Assembly (NCBI GenBank): GCA_030265395.1
Contig: JARFYF010000012.1
Span: forward strand, 26,372,669-26,436,668
Length of the DNA stretch: 64,000 bases
Source of the DNA: Rhina ancylostomus
Lineage: Eukaryota
Direction of reading: 5' to 3'
Shown here: positions 1-57,690 of the stretch, one piece after another
Layout of the letters: each line of letters starts with the position of its first letter
Position numbering within the stretch: the stretch's first letter is position 1
Made by a program: the position numbers and the translations under genes
The notes under the pieces: generated by a model
Told to the model about the DNA's origin: nothing
Database searches by the model: none
What the model saw: only the letters and a program-made list of their open reading frames with translations

Positions 1-4
1 AGTA

Positions 5-37
5 GGGGGAGGGAGGGTTGGGGGTGGGGGTTGGGGG
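5..37 (+). repeat. G-tract cluster, potential G-quadruplex
   Basis: Six runs of 3-5 G separated by 1-2 nt spacers. Confidence 0.5.
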
Positions 38-753
38 TGATATGCATCTGGAGCAGTCAGCATCTAACCTACTAAATGATAAACATAGGGACCATTTGGT
101 GTGAAGCTGTATAGCCTGAGGGATGGATTCTTGTCCCAAGGTGAATCATTTGGTTGTTCAGGCTGAGTGCAGACTTCAAAGAACTGTATATAAAACTCCA
201 CATGGTGAGACATTTCAGTGTTACAAAGTCTTTGTTATGGAATTGCTTATTTGTGCGAAGTCTAATTCAAAAGTGGAAATATTGCTCAGTTTGGAGCTAA
301 TATTATATGACAGGCCATTCTAAAATATAAGTTCTCAAAACAATGTCACATACCAGTTTTACTTGTCACTTTTTAAAGATATCATTTTTCCCAGTGGCAA
401 GGTCTGATAGAATATTTAATGTATTTTGAGAGAATGTGTTGAACAGTAAAGGCTTGTTATATTTAACATTTTAAATAAATAGATATTTAGAATCTGATAT
501 CGTGGCAAAGATGCCAGGCTTAATGTTAATGACATGCTTAAATTTCTAAATAAACTTTCTAAATAGAAATTTAAGATTTAAAATTAAGTTTATTTTCCTA
601 AAGGATTCTATTTATTTCAACATTATCATAGAGTACATGAAACGTTAACTGCACCATACATAGAATACAATATCATTGCTGAAGCTATGGTCCTTTAACT
701 GCACGTCTCAAATTATTCAGATTAATCTCTCTGATTCTATATTTCCACTTTAG

Positions 754-43960
<43,207 letters not shown>

Positions 43961-46900
43961 TTCTTCCAGGCAGCCGACAAGGAAGGTAAGGTGTTTATTT
44001 TAATAAAATATCGTTCATAAGTGGGACATGAAATGTCTGTTCTTTTAGAAACATGATTCAAGTCATTAAGAAATAAGCCTGAATTGTATGATGCTGCGCT
44101 AATTATGTTCTACTCTGTTATGATGACTTTTGCTGTTATATGTCCAGAGATCCTCATCTGGGTACAACGTACAATAGATTTGCTAATCCATCCGTATTTT
44201 CCTCCTGTAACGTATATTTGCCATGAAGGATTTTTCTCTTGATAAATAAAATATTTTATTATTTGGTCTTACTTTTTTGTTTAACTTTTTATTACAGTTT
44301 CAAGGTGTTCTTTCCATTTTATTAGTGTTCAGTAAAATAGTTTCAGTTATTAAAAAACCTACCATGAGAGCATTAGCATTTAATGTCTACAAAGTACAAC
44401 GTAATTGAGGTCAGCAATAATAACATGTGCATATTTAAAGTCATGTTAGTTCACCAATGTCAACTTGGTCACTGCCTTCATGTACATGCCACCAGCACAT
44501 CCCACAGATAAATGGGATTAGTCAATAGTCTAAATGATTATCTTGAAAGTCTGAAAGTTAAGTTAATGAAATGACAAATTCTGCATGAGTGATAGTTATT
44601 GCCAGTCTGATATTTTAACAGGGAAAAGAAATAAAAATATTATTTTTCCTAGTCCATTGACTAGAGTGGATTAGCAGATTATCCATTGGTGATTAATTAA
44701 ACCAGATAATAAGTGTCACCCCCATGATTTATTTTTGCATTTTAGGCAACATATTAACTAGAATTTCTAGATAACAAATTATTGCTGCTAGTAAATGATC
44801 CTATTTATAAGTGCTCATACCATAAGATTGACAATTCTTTTTGAACAGTTCCCTCATTATAGAATAAAGAAGTCAAATAAACGTACTCTTAATTCAGCCA
44901 TAAAACCAGAGATAAATTACATTCTTAGATGAGGGTTGGTTTTTCCTTTCAGGCATCTTCATTTTTCACCAAATTCAAATACCTGAAGATACCCATTGCT
45001 TTCAAATTTGTATTTTAAAATCCTCACAATGCTGTGGACTGTTTACACCTGGTTTAGCCACAGCTTTTATAAATTAACTTCCTTACATTAAAAAGTTTCA
45101 TTATTGTCTAGTTTAACATATAATATTAAGTATGATTAAAGCCATTTTATTTTTAAAGTAATTACCTACTTTGTACTATTGGACTCTACCCTTTAGCATC
45201 TTCTCAAAACTGATGATCAGTTATACGACAGAGAAATATGTCCTTGTGTTTGCAAGGACACGGTAAAATCAATACCAACAATTTATCTGCATGTATTTTT
45301 AGTGGATATTTCCTTGCAGAATTTTCATATGAACATGACTGGAATTCAAATAAGAAAATGACTGCTTTCAAAATAAAACAGCTTTTCATCACTGATCTTT
45401 TTTAAATTATCTCCTTATCTAGTTTATGAAAGTTCCTTGCAGTGCTTCACTGCCGACATATGTGGCCAAGAGATTCTGTAGCGTAACACAGCATTTTGTG
45501 CATTACATGATAGAAGTTTAACCCCAAGTCTGACTACTAGGTGCTAGAAGGTGCATGGTGCCGTAGTAGCAGGTTTCCAGAAATTTTATTGGTTCCTTTG
45601 TGCACCTGTGCAGTAATGCCAAACAACATACAATGATGGATGTAATGCTACTTGCTTAAAGGCATACATGGCCCACAGACTGTCTCCCTCACACACTGAA
45701 GCAGGTCTTATTCAAGGGGTTGAGGCCTTTTTGGCATTACAATGCGGGACTTAATTTTGTCCGCTGTTGATAGGTTCTTCCACAAATGTTTATCTTGTTG
45801 ATTGATCCCACCAACTACTCTCTTTCCAATACCCTCAACCACCACACCACAATCACCTCCCCAACTGACCAACGAGTCCCTTACCCCAATTTGCCAAGAC
45901 GTCCCTTTGTTATCTGCCTCTCCAATCCTCTCCCATGATCGTCCTTCTCCTACCATCACCCATCACTCCCTCCCCTCCAAATCTTTCCTGAACCACTTCC
46001 TCTTTGGAGTTCATGCTCCACAATGGCAGGAGCTTGTGATGAAACACATTGATTGAAGGTTCATTCTGTAAGGCCTATTCTATTGTTTTGGGCACTTGCG
46101 ATAGAATATCACTGCCTGAGGGAGGGAGATAGACAAAAGGGTTCCAGTCCCTTGCACAATCCTGCATGCTATTTTAATGCACCTTTTGTAATGCACTACT
46201 AAGTTTGTAAATGGAAGCTCTTTCTTAAGATCTATGCTACAGTATCCGTTTCCAGTTTAACCTTGATCTTTTTCTTTCAATACCATGCACATATTTTTTT
46301 AAAAATTTGTAAAGAAAGCATAAATTCTATCCTATTGACTGACATAAAATTGAATACTCTGTAGCAAATCTCTGCAGGAGTTTTTAGCTTAATTTCCTTT
46401 TTCATGAAGCAGTTGTCACCACAGTTGTAAATAAGAGCTCTCTAATCATAGATGTTTTTAGAAACAAGGAAGACTTAATGCTGACAATAGTAATTGAACA
46501 ATTTCTTAGCATTAAAAAAAATCAAACCATGCATTCCTTTGACTTTGTTTCAGCATTGATTGATTTTAAATAGTTCTTTTAATACATAGAAAATATATAT
46601 AATGATACATAAAAATTCTTCTATAATTCCTCATATTATATATATTGTTAATTTAATCTATATACAAACTGTAACTAATTGTAACCATTTACTCTATTTT
46701 AAAGTAACAACTTTTCAGTGACCAGTGGTTTACAAAATTATGCAGGCACATGGAAAAGGGAATAACTGCAATGTAATTCCCAAGTAAGATATATAAAATA
46801 TTACTTTTATTGTTGTTTATTCCAAAGTACTTGATTGCGAAGTTGTTTTTCACAGACCACAATGAAGAAAAGAAAACTATATACTGTAATAAATTATCAA

Positions 46901-49900
46901 ATTACAGTATTATCCCAAGAAAGGCCAACAATAAACCAAGACATTAAGTATTTGAAAGAATGCCTCACAATCCGAGGAGCATAGAAAATACATGAAGAAT
47001 ATTCAGGGTTCAGAGGCTATTGTGCCAGAAGTAATTTGGAGCTTCAAGAACCATATCCTTGATTTGGAAGATGAGTTCAGTAAAAATACAACAAAACCTT
47101 TAAAACAAATGAAAAATGTAAATGGACCAAAAGCAAACATTTAAAACATTATGCCGATGATGAAAGATTTTGGAAAATTGACTTCCATGACAGGAGATAA
47201 GCACAGAAGAATGTACAACATGGGTAACAGAACAGTTTTAATATTTAGTGGGTGAAGAATTGACCTTAAACTTTCCTGCTGTGCAGGAGACTGAGAAAAC
47301 TGCTTCAATATAGAAGCATGGCTTCCATCCATCACTCATTTCTACTTCATGCACACTGCTATATCAGTAATTTGTTATAGCTGCAGAGACTATGAAACCT
47401 TAGCAGCAAGACTTCGAACAAGTCGGTGAGGATAATTTATTATTGAACATAAATCATTCTTAAGTTGAACCATACAGATGTCACTGCAGAGACATGAATG
47501 ACGTGTGCACCTGTATTAACCAGTTGCCCTGTAAACTTTGAAATGAAATTCTACCCAGGTAGAACAAATATGACATGCTGCTATGTTAGAGCTGTTGCCT
47601 CTGAAGCAAGAAGATAAATTCAAAGAAGGCTCAAAAAGTGAATATAAAGTTAGAGTAATGTTTTAAACATTTGAATTTAATGTAAAATTGTTACTAATGT
47701 TTACAAAAGTAGGCATTTGAAAGTAAAACTTGAAGACATTTGGGCTTAGCTCAAATGATTCCCAGCAAAAATTGGGATGCAGATTCATGATGAATTTTCC
47801 AAAGAAAGGGAACTATGTGATTTCAAGAGTTTAAAAAGAGCCAAAATATAGATAGAAAATATACTCGGAAAAATATGCAAATGGGATGTGGAGAAGATTC
47901 TGCCAAACAAGTACTGGAAGAAAATTGAAGGGATGATTGGAATGTAGTTTAGATTTAAAAGAAAATACAAGACATACAGTCACTTTAAAATAAATTACAT
48001 GCAAGTGTTAGGGAGGAAATAATCCTGACACCAGGAGATAAACTGCAGTTATTAATATTTTTTAGTAAGTGGCAAACAAGACCAGAATTGGAACCGTTTA
48101 ATTTGTATCCACCTTATGTGAAACAAGATGGATTTTTTTAAATCTAAAAGATAACAATCTGAAAGGAGAAACAATATTCAAAAGGATCAGATTAATATAT
48201 GTGAATTCTTACAAATAAGCTGGCACAGTCCTGGAATTTGGCACTTTAAATAATGAACACAGGGAAGAACACTCCTGATAAGAAACCATCACAGGCCCAT
48301 GTGACTAACCAGATGTATGAATATAAAGTACGTGCATTGAAGGAGATGCAAGAAATAAGCTGGAAGCAGGCTGAGAGGATCCATCATTCTCTCACCAAAA
48401 TAATAGCCCTAGATCTGGAGAAGGTTCATTCAGAAGTGCAGAAGGTAAGAACTCCATTGTTTGTCATATTTATTAAAGGGGCTGAACCGCTTGCTTAAAA
48501 GCACTCACTGGTGTCCTCACCAATTTTGGGGGAAATGTTGTGTTTTCTAGTAATGTAAAGCTTTTGTTTAATTTGCATGGCCCTATTGCACTTGTTTATG
48601 GAATTGTGCCATAATATTTTGCATAAATTACTTTAAAATATTTTATAGTGAAGTGCACCATCTTCTGTATGTACTCCATTATTATACTAATTGTATTTCA
48701 AAATTGCCCTATGATTCAGTCATCCATCCTTTATCTGATAAACAAAAATCACCCAAACTAACCACCAACCCCTTACATCATTGGCAGCCAGCAGACCTTC
48801 ACTGGCTGCTCATGCTCGATATTATAGTCCCCAACCCACACGGTCATCCCAGTGCACTGCACACTCTGTATCAGGATTTTCCTATAAACTGTACAATCTG
48901 ACATCATTATCATAAAGTTCTGCTCAGTTGGATACACTGATCCCACTAGCACATATTAATTTAACCTATTGAATTTTATGTTGGCCAATAATTGAAATGA
49001 TTTTGCCAGACTGTTTTCAATTAAACAGTCTTCTTCAAGTAAGAGTTCTTCTAAAATCAACAGAATTCTCCTCATTTGGAGTTCTCAAGGTAAGGAGACC
49101 AAAATACAAATTATTTTTCCTGTAAACTGTGTACCAGAATGACTAATTGTGTTATGTATTACTGCAGGAAAATAAACCTGCATTGATTTAGAAATTGTAA
49201 CATACCACAGAATGGTGGTAGAGGTTGTAAATTACACAGATTCAGTTCCTGGGGAAATTAGTCTTTCACTCCTGAAAATATCACACATGTCATGATGTGA
49301 AACTGCCAAGAGTTGCTTATAACATTATATTTGGAAACACAACATCTCGGTAATTTTTGCAATTCAATTATTGAGTGGATTGGGAACTTTCAAATCAAGA
49401 ATGAGCAAACTGCAAATAAGCAAGGAGGTAGTGAAGCAATCAAATTGTTCAAAGGGGCTGTTTTTAAGTGCTTTCACCTGGGATTTATTTTTCAGTCCTG
49501 CAGGATATAATAATATCAAAAAAGGATTTTAACTCTGCGAGGCTAGGCTCAGGAGTAAATAGAAATTCATCTCTCTACAAGAAAATGAGTATCAGTTTAT
49601 TTTAATTCCTACACCATATTTAACGAGAATTAGCTGCCAGAATTTCTAGGGTCACATGTTCAGAAATGATTGGGAGAATCCAGATGAAGGAAGTCCATGC
49701 CTTCCTTGTTGGAATCGGGAGTACGCTTCCTTCCAATACTGCAAAATTAGGAAAATATTTATCTTTACCAGCCTGTATTAGGTTGACCTGAAAGGAAAGC
49801 TTCCCTGTCCAGGTTCAAATTAGACATAGTTTGGGCTCCATTATCTTATTGGACTTTGATGATAGAAAAGGATCCTACAGGGTTTGGTTGGATGTTCTTC

Positions 49901-52900
49901 TGCCTTTCAGATGAGGAGCTTAATTTAAATTGAAAATTAAGTAGATCATTAAAATAAAAATAGTATCTGTGGAAATAGAAACAGAGTTAATGTTGCAGGT
50001 CGAAGAAAACCACAACATTAAATGTTGCCACTGAGTTGGTTTTCAATGTTTGGAAGCGTCTTACTCCAAATACTTCAGTTAGCTTCCTCTAGAGCCTAGA
50101 GTTTGAATTCTGATATTCTAATTAGATTCAGAACAAAGGAAATAACAACATTTTGGCAATATCTGCATCTTCACTAATTGTGATCTTGTTCAAGAGGCTA
50201 TGGGCCAATTTTTTTTCACTCCCACTAATGCACAAAGAATTTAATATCATTTATCCTTACTTTCCTAGGAACCTAAATCCATATCAAGCTGAGCACTTTT
50301 TTGTTAACTATTTTCCTTCTTTGTATTAATGTTTCCTTAATTAGCATCAATAATTAATGTTTAAATAATTGTTTTATTTCCAATAATTTTAATTACTTTC
50401 CAATTATGCAAGGTGATCCACTTCACAATGTCTTCTTCCTGTAAGTCACACCGTGAGAGTATGTAAGCATCTTCCAAAAGCTGTTTTACACAACCTGATT
50501 GCCTATGTGAAGACCACCGATCAATGCAATGATTTCAAAAGCTGCTGATAAAGCAATGCAGGATTTACATAAATTCATACATAAAACAAAGCAATTATCA
50601 CATGGTAAAATCACAGCAGAGGATTGGATCCTCCCTGAAGGATGCTGTTTGACCACAACTGAGTTGTAGCTCAGTTGAGGTTAGAACTAAGGCCCAAATT
50701 TTGTTTGCTGTAACAAAAGTGAAACAGAGTTCAACATCATTTCACTGTGAAACTGACAGCAGCTTCACATAATACACATTATGCAGAAATGTGAAAGCTA
50801 TTGTCAGTGATTTCTTTCTTCTTCTGCAGGTAGCATTGTTTTACAAATCCCTTCTAGGTAATCTTCAGAATTGGTTATCTGACAAAAATGTCAGGGTCTA
50901 GAAATTAGATCTCACTTCAACTTAAGAAAATCAACTGTTGAAGGAAAAGAGTTGTGGATTTATGGCAAGTTCAACAAGGTCTACAATACTCCTTCTGTGT
51001 AACATTAATGCACAGAGAAACTAGATNNNNNNNNNNNNNNNNNNNNNNNNNNNNNNNNNNNNNNNNNNNNNNNNNNNNNNNNNNNNNNNNNNNNNNNNNN
51101 NNNNNNNNNNNNNNNNNNNNNNNNNNCAAGGTCTACAATTCTCCTTCTGTGTCCCATTAATGCACAGAGAAACTTGATAAGGCAGTGGTGTTCAATGCAT
51201 AGGGGGGAGAATGAACAAAGAGAATTAAAATACAGTCAAGGGAGGAAGAAATTCCCTGAACAAACAAAAGGCTGAAACAATGGATCAACCAGACCTTCTG
51301 TACTTATGGAAGTTGGAAAGAAAGTAGAAATGAGTAATGTAGGGCTGGGGTCCATGAGATTGAGAATCTTGGAGAGAAAGTCTTCAGAGGAGATGAGTTC
51401 AGTGGCTTTCTGGGAAATGATGGCTTGATATTCATTGGTGGAGTCATGGAGAAAAATACTTTGTTTTTATTTTAAATTGCTGCCAAACTGCTGAAAGCAA
51501 ACTATAAGAATACAAATATTGCTCAACACTTTCATGTGTTCATTGTGTGTTAACCACTGAAAATTATTTTGCTCTTGTTATTTTCAAATAATAGCTGATT
51601 CAAGGCATCTAATTCTTTCCAGACTAAATAATTTTGGTTGGCAGTAAAGATGTCAGCACATTGACACTGCCAGAATGTGACATGTAGTTGCTCACTGAAC
51701 AGTGTATTGCCAACCTAACCAAGAGGAAGAACGAATTTTTGATTCCAAAGTGAAATCCAAAACTTGTGGATGAAACTGGTGGCACTTGTTCATTATAAAT
51801 GCAATCGAAACCATTCACCATACCCATAAATTTAAAATAGCAATCTGCTTTAAATGCTAGAAAAAGGGGCACACATCATGTGCAGGCATGCACAAAACCA
51901 AGGGAATTGATCCAAGGAATGGCAAGAGTGTGATTTCTTCAGAGGATAAGCTTTAGCAGCAGAAAAAGCCTGAAAGAATATTTACACAGTACCGAAGGTA
52001 GTAAGAGTGATGGAAAATTTTCCACTGTAGCACTTACATCACTGTGGTAATGGTGAAAAGCAGAACAAGTTCAAGATTTCAGAAACATGAGCTTTTAAAA
52101 TACAAGGCACTGTTAATATAGTACCAGGCCTCCATGCTTCTGAAACCAAGTGTTGGTGGTCATCAGATCTTTAATACTTTAATTAAAAGTGAACCTACTG
52201 AGCTCTGGTCTGGAGGATCATACTTCTTTGAGTATTTATGGGTTACAATAATTAGTGGAATTGAGAACTTCTTGGCACAGCAGAAGGAATGTTCGTACCC
52301 AAGAACATCAGCACAAGTCAAGGGTGAAATGTGGCACAATAACACTGTGATACAGGCTATAGTGAATTGATGACTTGCGTTACCGCTGTCCAAATGGGAA
52401 AGAAATCAGTCAGAGTAATAAAGGGTCTTAATTTGCATTATCCCCCAAAATGCATTTCATCCCCAATGGGCATGATATTAAATATCAAACAATTTGCATG
52501 TATTTCTCCAGGGACTGTACAGATTCAATAAAATCTTCTGACGGGTAGAGATCAACTAGAATTTTTCAGAATATTAGATTTCCAGATTGGTTATTTTGAT
52601 TTAGTAGCACACTGGAGAATGGCAATTTGTGGCTGAACTGGCTCACTGGATAATGTCAACTGTTGCAAAGGTAATTTAGGCTCTTTATTACACACAGGAT
52701 TAGACTGTGAACTTGAACCTTAATTTTAGTCATTGTGCTTCCAGTATGAAGAAAGGTACGTCATATTTTAATCTACTCTGACAGATTCTAGCTGAGTATG
52801 GTCATCAATAATACAACTGACTTTCCATGGCTGCATTTGTGTCTTTAAAAATAATGAGGCCATTGCTCATTCACTCCTCCTGAAAATATTAGGAAGAGAA

Positions 52901-53229
52901 ATATTTGGTTCTGTCTCACCTCAGCTGATCTAAATTCTGTCAATGCTACTTTATTGCTGTCCCTCCAATTTCTGGACCTTAATCTTTGCGTGTTTGCATT
53001 AAAATATCACAACCCTGCAACCTCCAACTGTTTGTAACCCAGTACCTTCCACTTTATTCTTCTTTCAATGCCTTCATTCCCATTGTCTGTGCCTCCTATC
53101 AACATGAGGTAACTTTCCTTCATCCTCCACACCCTTAATGGACTGTTTCAATGATTAACAGTTCTCAGAAGGGCTTCATAATTTGCCGTTGCACCTGTTT
53201 AATCACTGCTGCATCTAATTATTTGAGTG

Positions 53230-53690
53230 CAGAAAAGATTTACCAGGATCTTGTCAGGAATGGAGGGATGCAGTTATACAGAGAGATTGGTTAAAATGGG
53301 TTTATTCTCACTGTAACATAGGAGTTATCTTAGAGATGTTTATAAAATTATGAGAGTACTGATAAGATAGATAGAATCTTTTTATCAGAGGAGTCAGGAC
53401 ACAGGTTTAAGGTGAGAGGGGAGAAATGTAAGGGAGATCTGAGGGATATATTTTTCACACAGAATGTGGTGAATAACTGGAATAAGCTGCCAAAAAGAGG
53501 TGGTGGAGACAGATGCAATTACAATGTTTAAAAGGCATTCGGACAGGTACTCGGATAGGAAAGATGTAGATGGATACAGGCCTAATGCAGGTAAATGGGA
53601 TTAGCGTAGATAGGCATCACAGTTGCCATGAAGGATGTGGGCCATGGAGGATGTGGGCCAAAAGGGCTCATTTTTGTGTTGTATGCTTTT
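53230..53690 (+). mobile_element. CR1 LINE 3' fragment; an inverted CR1 tail follows at ~53820-53990
   Basis: gtgcagaaaagatttaccaggat, aggtttaaggtgagaggggaga, ggacaggtactcggatagg, gggccaaaagggc. Confidence 0.8.
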
Positions 53691-56279
53691 ATGTTTTCTT
53701 CCAAATTCCCAGTTTCTTTGAAGGTTGGGCAAAGCTTGTGCTACCTGGATCCTACACAATCTCACAATCCTTTAAATGCAGGTAAACGTAATCCAACTGG
53801 AATGTGTTTTTAAAATAATAGACTTAGAGTCATACAGCACAGAAACAGATTCTTCAGCGCACATGTCCGTGTCCTTTCTGCCCAATCCAATTTGCCTGCA
53901 TTAGGGTCGTATCCTTGATCACCTTGTTCCAGCCTTTCCAACTGCATTGCAGGCCCATATGCTCCTACCACTTTCAGGGTCAAATGACCTGATCCTTCAC
54001 ACCTACAAGGAGGAGTGGACTCTGAGTGACATGTAGGCCTTTGGCCCCTCTGCCAGCTCATCCTGATGCTTGTTGATGGATTGCTGCTCTTAAAGGCTTC
54101 TAAATTGTTTTAAATGATAGCCTGAGGTAACTTAAACAGTTCAATTGGGTTTAACTGATTAAAAAAATTTCCAAAAATTTAGAAATTTTTATTTTGATTA
54201 AATATTCTTGTTAAATTGTAACAGACAATTATGTGAAATAAAGCAAGATAAAGTAAAACATTCACCCACATTTACCATTCCTCCTTATTAGCAATCCTAT
54301 TTTAATGAATGAATGGAGTTTCTATTGATACTCCATCCAGACCCAGTGTAAAGCTAAATTGCCAGATTTGTTGTATCTCCCATCTCTCTCCATGGCCTCA
54401 CTGCTCTGCCACTGGACTCAGTAGTGCAGGGTAGGAGGTCAGTTTGCACTGGGAGCTGAACACAAGGCTGTTTCAGAATTCTGCATTAGGCTGAACACAT
54501 TAAAGGTTTATATCAACTTGAGCCACAAAGACTTAGCGATGGCAGCTCCATATAGATACGCTGGTGCCAGTCAGTTTGAATCAGCCTCTCACATTCAGGA
54601 GAAGCTAGATAAACACATGACGAGGTACGAGTAGAGAGAGATGGTAATAGATGAAGTAGACTGTGAGGAGGTTGGTGTGAACATAATTGCCAGCACAATC
54701 CAATAGGGCCAATAATCTCTACTTATGCTTTATGGTTGTCTGGATATTCATCTCCAGTCAGGAGTGCAGTATGTGTTATATAGCAGTGGGAATAGGTTGT
54801 TCTCTGCCTACAGAGTTCAGTTCCAATGGAATTGAATGTCAGGAAAGTATTCAATTGGCACTACTTTTAATGGATGAAATTCTAGGCAAATGTAAACTGA
54901 TGGAATTCTTCTAAGGTTATAATTTCTGTTCTTATCAATGAGTCTGAGAACCCTTTTAACATTATTAGAATGAAGATTGGTTATGGGTGGAAAAGCAAAT
55001 GTGTTGCTGATACGTTATAGGGGCCTCAGTTTCACTAATACCCAGAATTAAGGCCACCAGAACAAAGCCCTGTCAAATTCGGGCTGTATTCCTAGCAATT
55101 CTCCTTTTAACTGCTAGCTTCATGAAATTTCCTTTATCCAGAAACACTTAATGTCCTATTTATACTTGCTACGCAGTCCTCCCCAATTTTATGTCATGAA
55201 GCAGACTACTAATTTGAATAGAATCAATGCAGCTGTTTGCACTTAAATCCCCACCGGATGGAAAGTTACAGCTGGAGTGCAAATTAATCTTACAGAAAAG
55301 ATTTATTTTATTTGAACCTAAACTGTGCTAAAGAAGATACATATTCTTTTCTAAATAAAATCTTTAAAACGTGAGTTCTTCATATGACAATAAATATTAT
55401 TCTATAGCTTTAAATTACTGTTGTAATGAAAACCTATGTAATCAGTACACTGGAGAGCTGTAATATCAGGAGAATGAAATAATGCAGAATTCATGTCTAG
55501 CTTTCACACACTGCCAAGGTGCTGTTTGGAGGAATAGGTGCTGTCATAGGTGCCACATTTCTAGAAACACCTTAAACAAACCTTCCTTTTGAAGTATCTA
55601 ATATCGTGACAGCTCCAGGTACCAACATTTTGTTATGGAGCAAACCTTTTTATAAAACCAGAACTGCATCAGAAGCTGCAAATTAGTTGACCACACTGAT
55701 GCAAATTTCTGTAGGGTGAAGCTACAACCTGCATTGCTTCCTCCAATGTTGAAATTGGATTCAGTGCCTCAAGAGCACTGAGAAATACCAGTAGAGAGCT
55801 ATCTACGATGTCTGCTGTATCATTCAGATCCCACTTATGTGCAATCCATTATGTTCCACAGAGCCAAAAACAGATAACAGGAAGTGAATGAAATTTAGTT
55901 CTTCAACAGACAAATTAAATATCTGCGCTGTCTCCAAACTATTTTCAGAAACTCCAAACTGGTGGAGCATTACCATTAAACATAGGTTGCTGTCCTTTCC
56001 CTTTTGCTGCTGTTCTATCTTATCCACTTCCATGTTCCCAACCTTTACTGTCTTTCCCTTTGTACTCCTGTTCCTAATATTTTTTGGTATACAGTAGAGC
56101 TGGTGGTTGATTCTCATAATAGCAAGATTATGAGATGGTATGCAACAAATCATCACAAATCTTTACAGCTGCTCTAATGAGTGCTACGGGTGACGTTTCA
56201 CGATGTCCATATTCTCCTGTCACATTTTATAGCATCATGGATTTTGCAGTGTGAATGTCACCTTTACTTATTGAGTTAC

Positions 56280-57060
56280 CATGATGTGACCTGCCCCCAC
56301 GACGCCCAGAATATTTATGCTGGAGGATCCAAATGACTATAATGTCATTAAATGTCAAGAGTAGATAGTTAGATTCTTTGCTGGAAATTTCATGCCATTG
56401 CCTGGCATTTGTTCCACTTATTAGCTAATGCCTGAGTGTGGTCCAGATTTTGTGATGTTCAAGCATAACCTGTTTCATTGTCTGTGGAGTTATGAATGAA
56501 GTTGAACATTATGAAATCATCGGTATATCTCCCCACTTATGATGTTATCGTTAAAGGAAGGTTATTGATGAAGCAACTGAACAGCATAGGGCCTAGGACA
56601 CTGCTATGAGGAGCTCCTGCATTAATGTTTTGGGCTGAGGATGATAACCTCAAAAAACTTTCTTTGTACAAGGATGACTGAATCAGGAGTGAGTTTCCTC
56701 CCTTGATATCTTCCTATCTTGATGACCTTAGTTTAACCAGAGCCACTCAATGCCACATTTGGTCACGTGTTGACCACGTCAGGAGTAGTTACTCTCACTT
56801 CAATAATGGAATTCCGGTGATAGGTCCACATTTAAAGTGAACCTGTGATGAGGTCAGGAGCCAAGGGGTCCTGGCAAAATCCAAACTGAACATCAGTGAA
56901 CAGGTTAAGCATCATTCAATGGCACTGCCAAATACTCCTATCATTTTCTCTGATGTTTGAGAATAGACTGATTGGGCATAATTACCCAGTCTGGATATTT
57001 CTAGAGGTTTATTGGCCTAACAAACCTGGTGACTTTTCCATGTGTTGAACCTGGTGAATT
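56280..57060 (-). mobile_element. Decayed CR1/L2-group LINE RT, a different family from the main CR1
   Basis: Reverse strand reads AGAPHSSVLGP (GVPQGSVLGP-like) and VGRYTDDFIMF (FADD motif). Confidence 0.65.
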
Positions 57061-57064
57061 TTCC

Positions 57065-57690
57065 ATACGCCTTCATTAGTTGGGGTATTAAGTTCAAGAG
57101 CCAGGAGCTAATGTTGCAGCTCTATAGAACTCTGGTTAGACCGCACTTGGTGTATTATGTTCAATTCTGGTCGCCTCATTATAGGAAGGATGTGGAAGCT
57201 TTAGAGAGGGTGCAGAGGAGATTTACCAGGATGCTGCCTGGATTGGAGAATGTTTTATGAGGATAGGCTGAGTTAGCTAAGGCTTTTCTCTCTGGAGAGG
57301 GGGATGAGAGGTGACTTAATAGAGGTGTACAAGATGATTAGAGGTATAGATCAAGTGGACTGTCAGAGACTTTTTCCCCAGGGTAAAAATGGCAAACACA
57401 AGGGGATATAATTTTAAGGTGATTGGAAGAAGGTATAAGGGGGATGTCAGAGGTAAGTTGTTTTTTTTTTAAAAAGCACAGAGAGTGGTCGGTGCGTGGA
57501 ACGCACTGCCAGCAGAGGTTGTGGAGGCACATACATTAGGGACATTTAAGAGACTCTTAGATAGACACATGAATGATAGAGAAAAGGAGGGCTATGTGGG
57601 AGGGAAGGGTTTGATAGATATTAGAGCAGGATAAAATGTTGGCACAACATTGTAGGCCAAAGGGCCTTTACTGTGCTGCAGTGTTCTACG
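57065..57690 (+). mobile_element. CR1 LINE 3' fragment
   Basis: LQLYRTLVRPHLVYYVQFWSPHYRKDVEALERVQRRFTRMLPGL; same family as 9160-9790. Confidence 0.92.

Noticed and set aside
55824-56156. 110-aa minus-strand ORF as an exon of a neighbouring gene such as DPYSL4
   Set aside because: No similarity to CRMP/DPYSL proteins, and it lies next to decayed LINE sequence.
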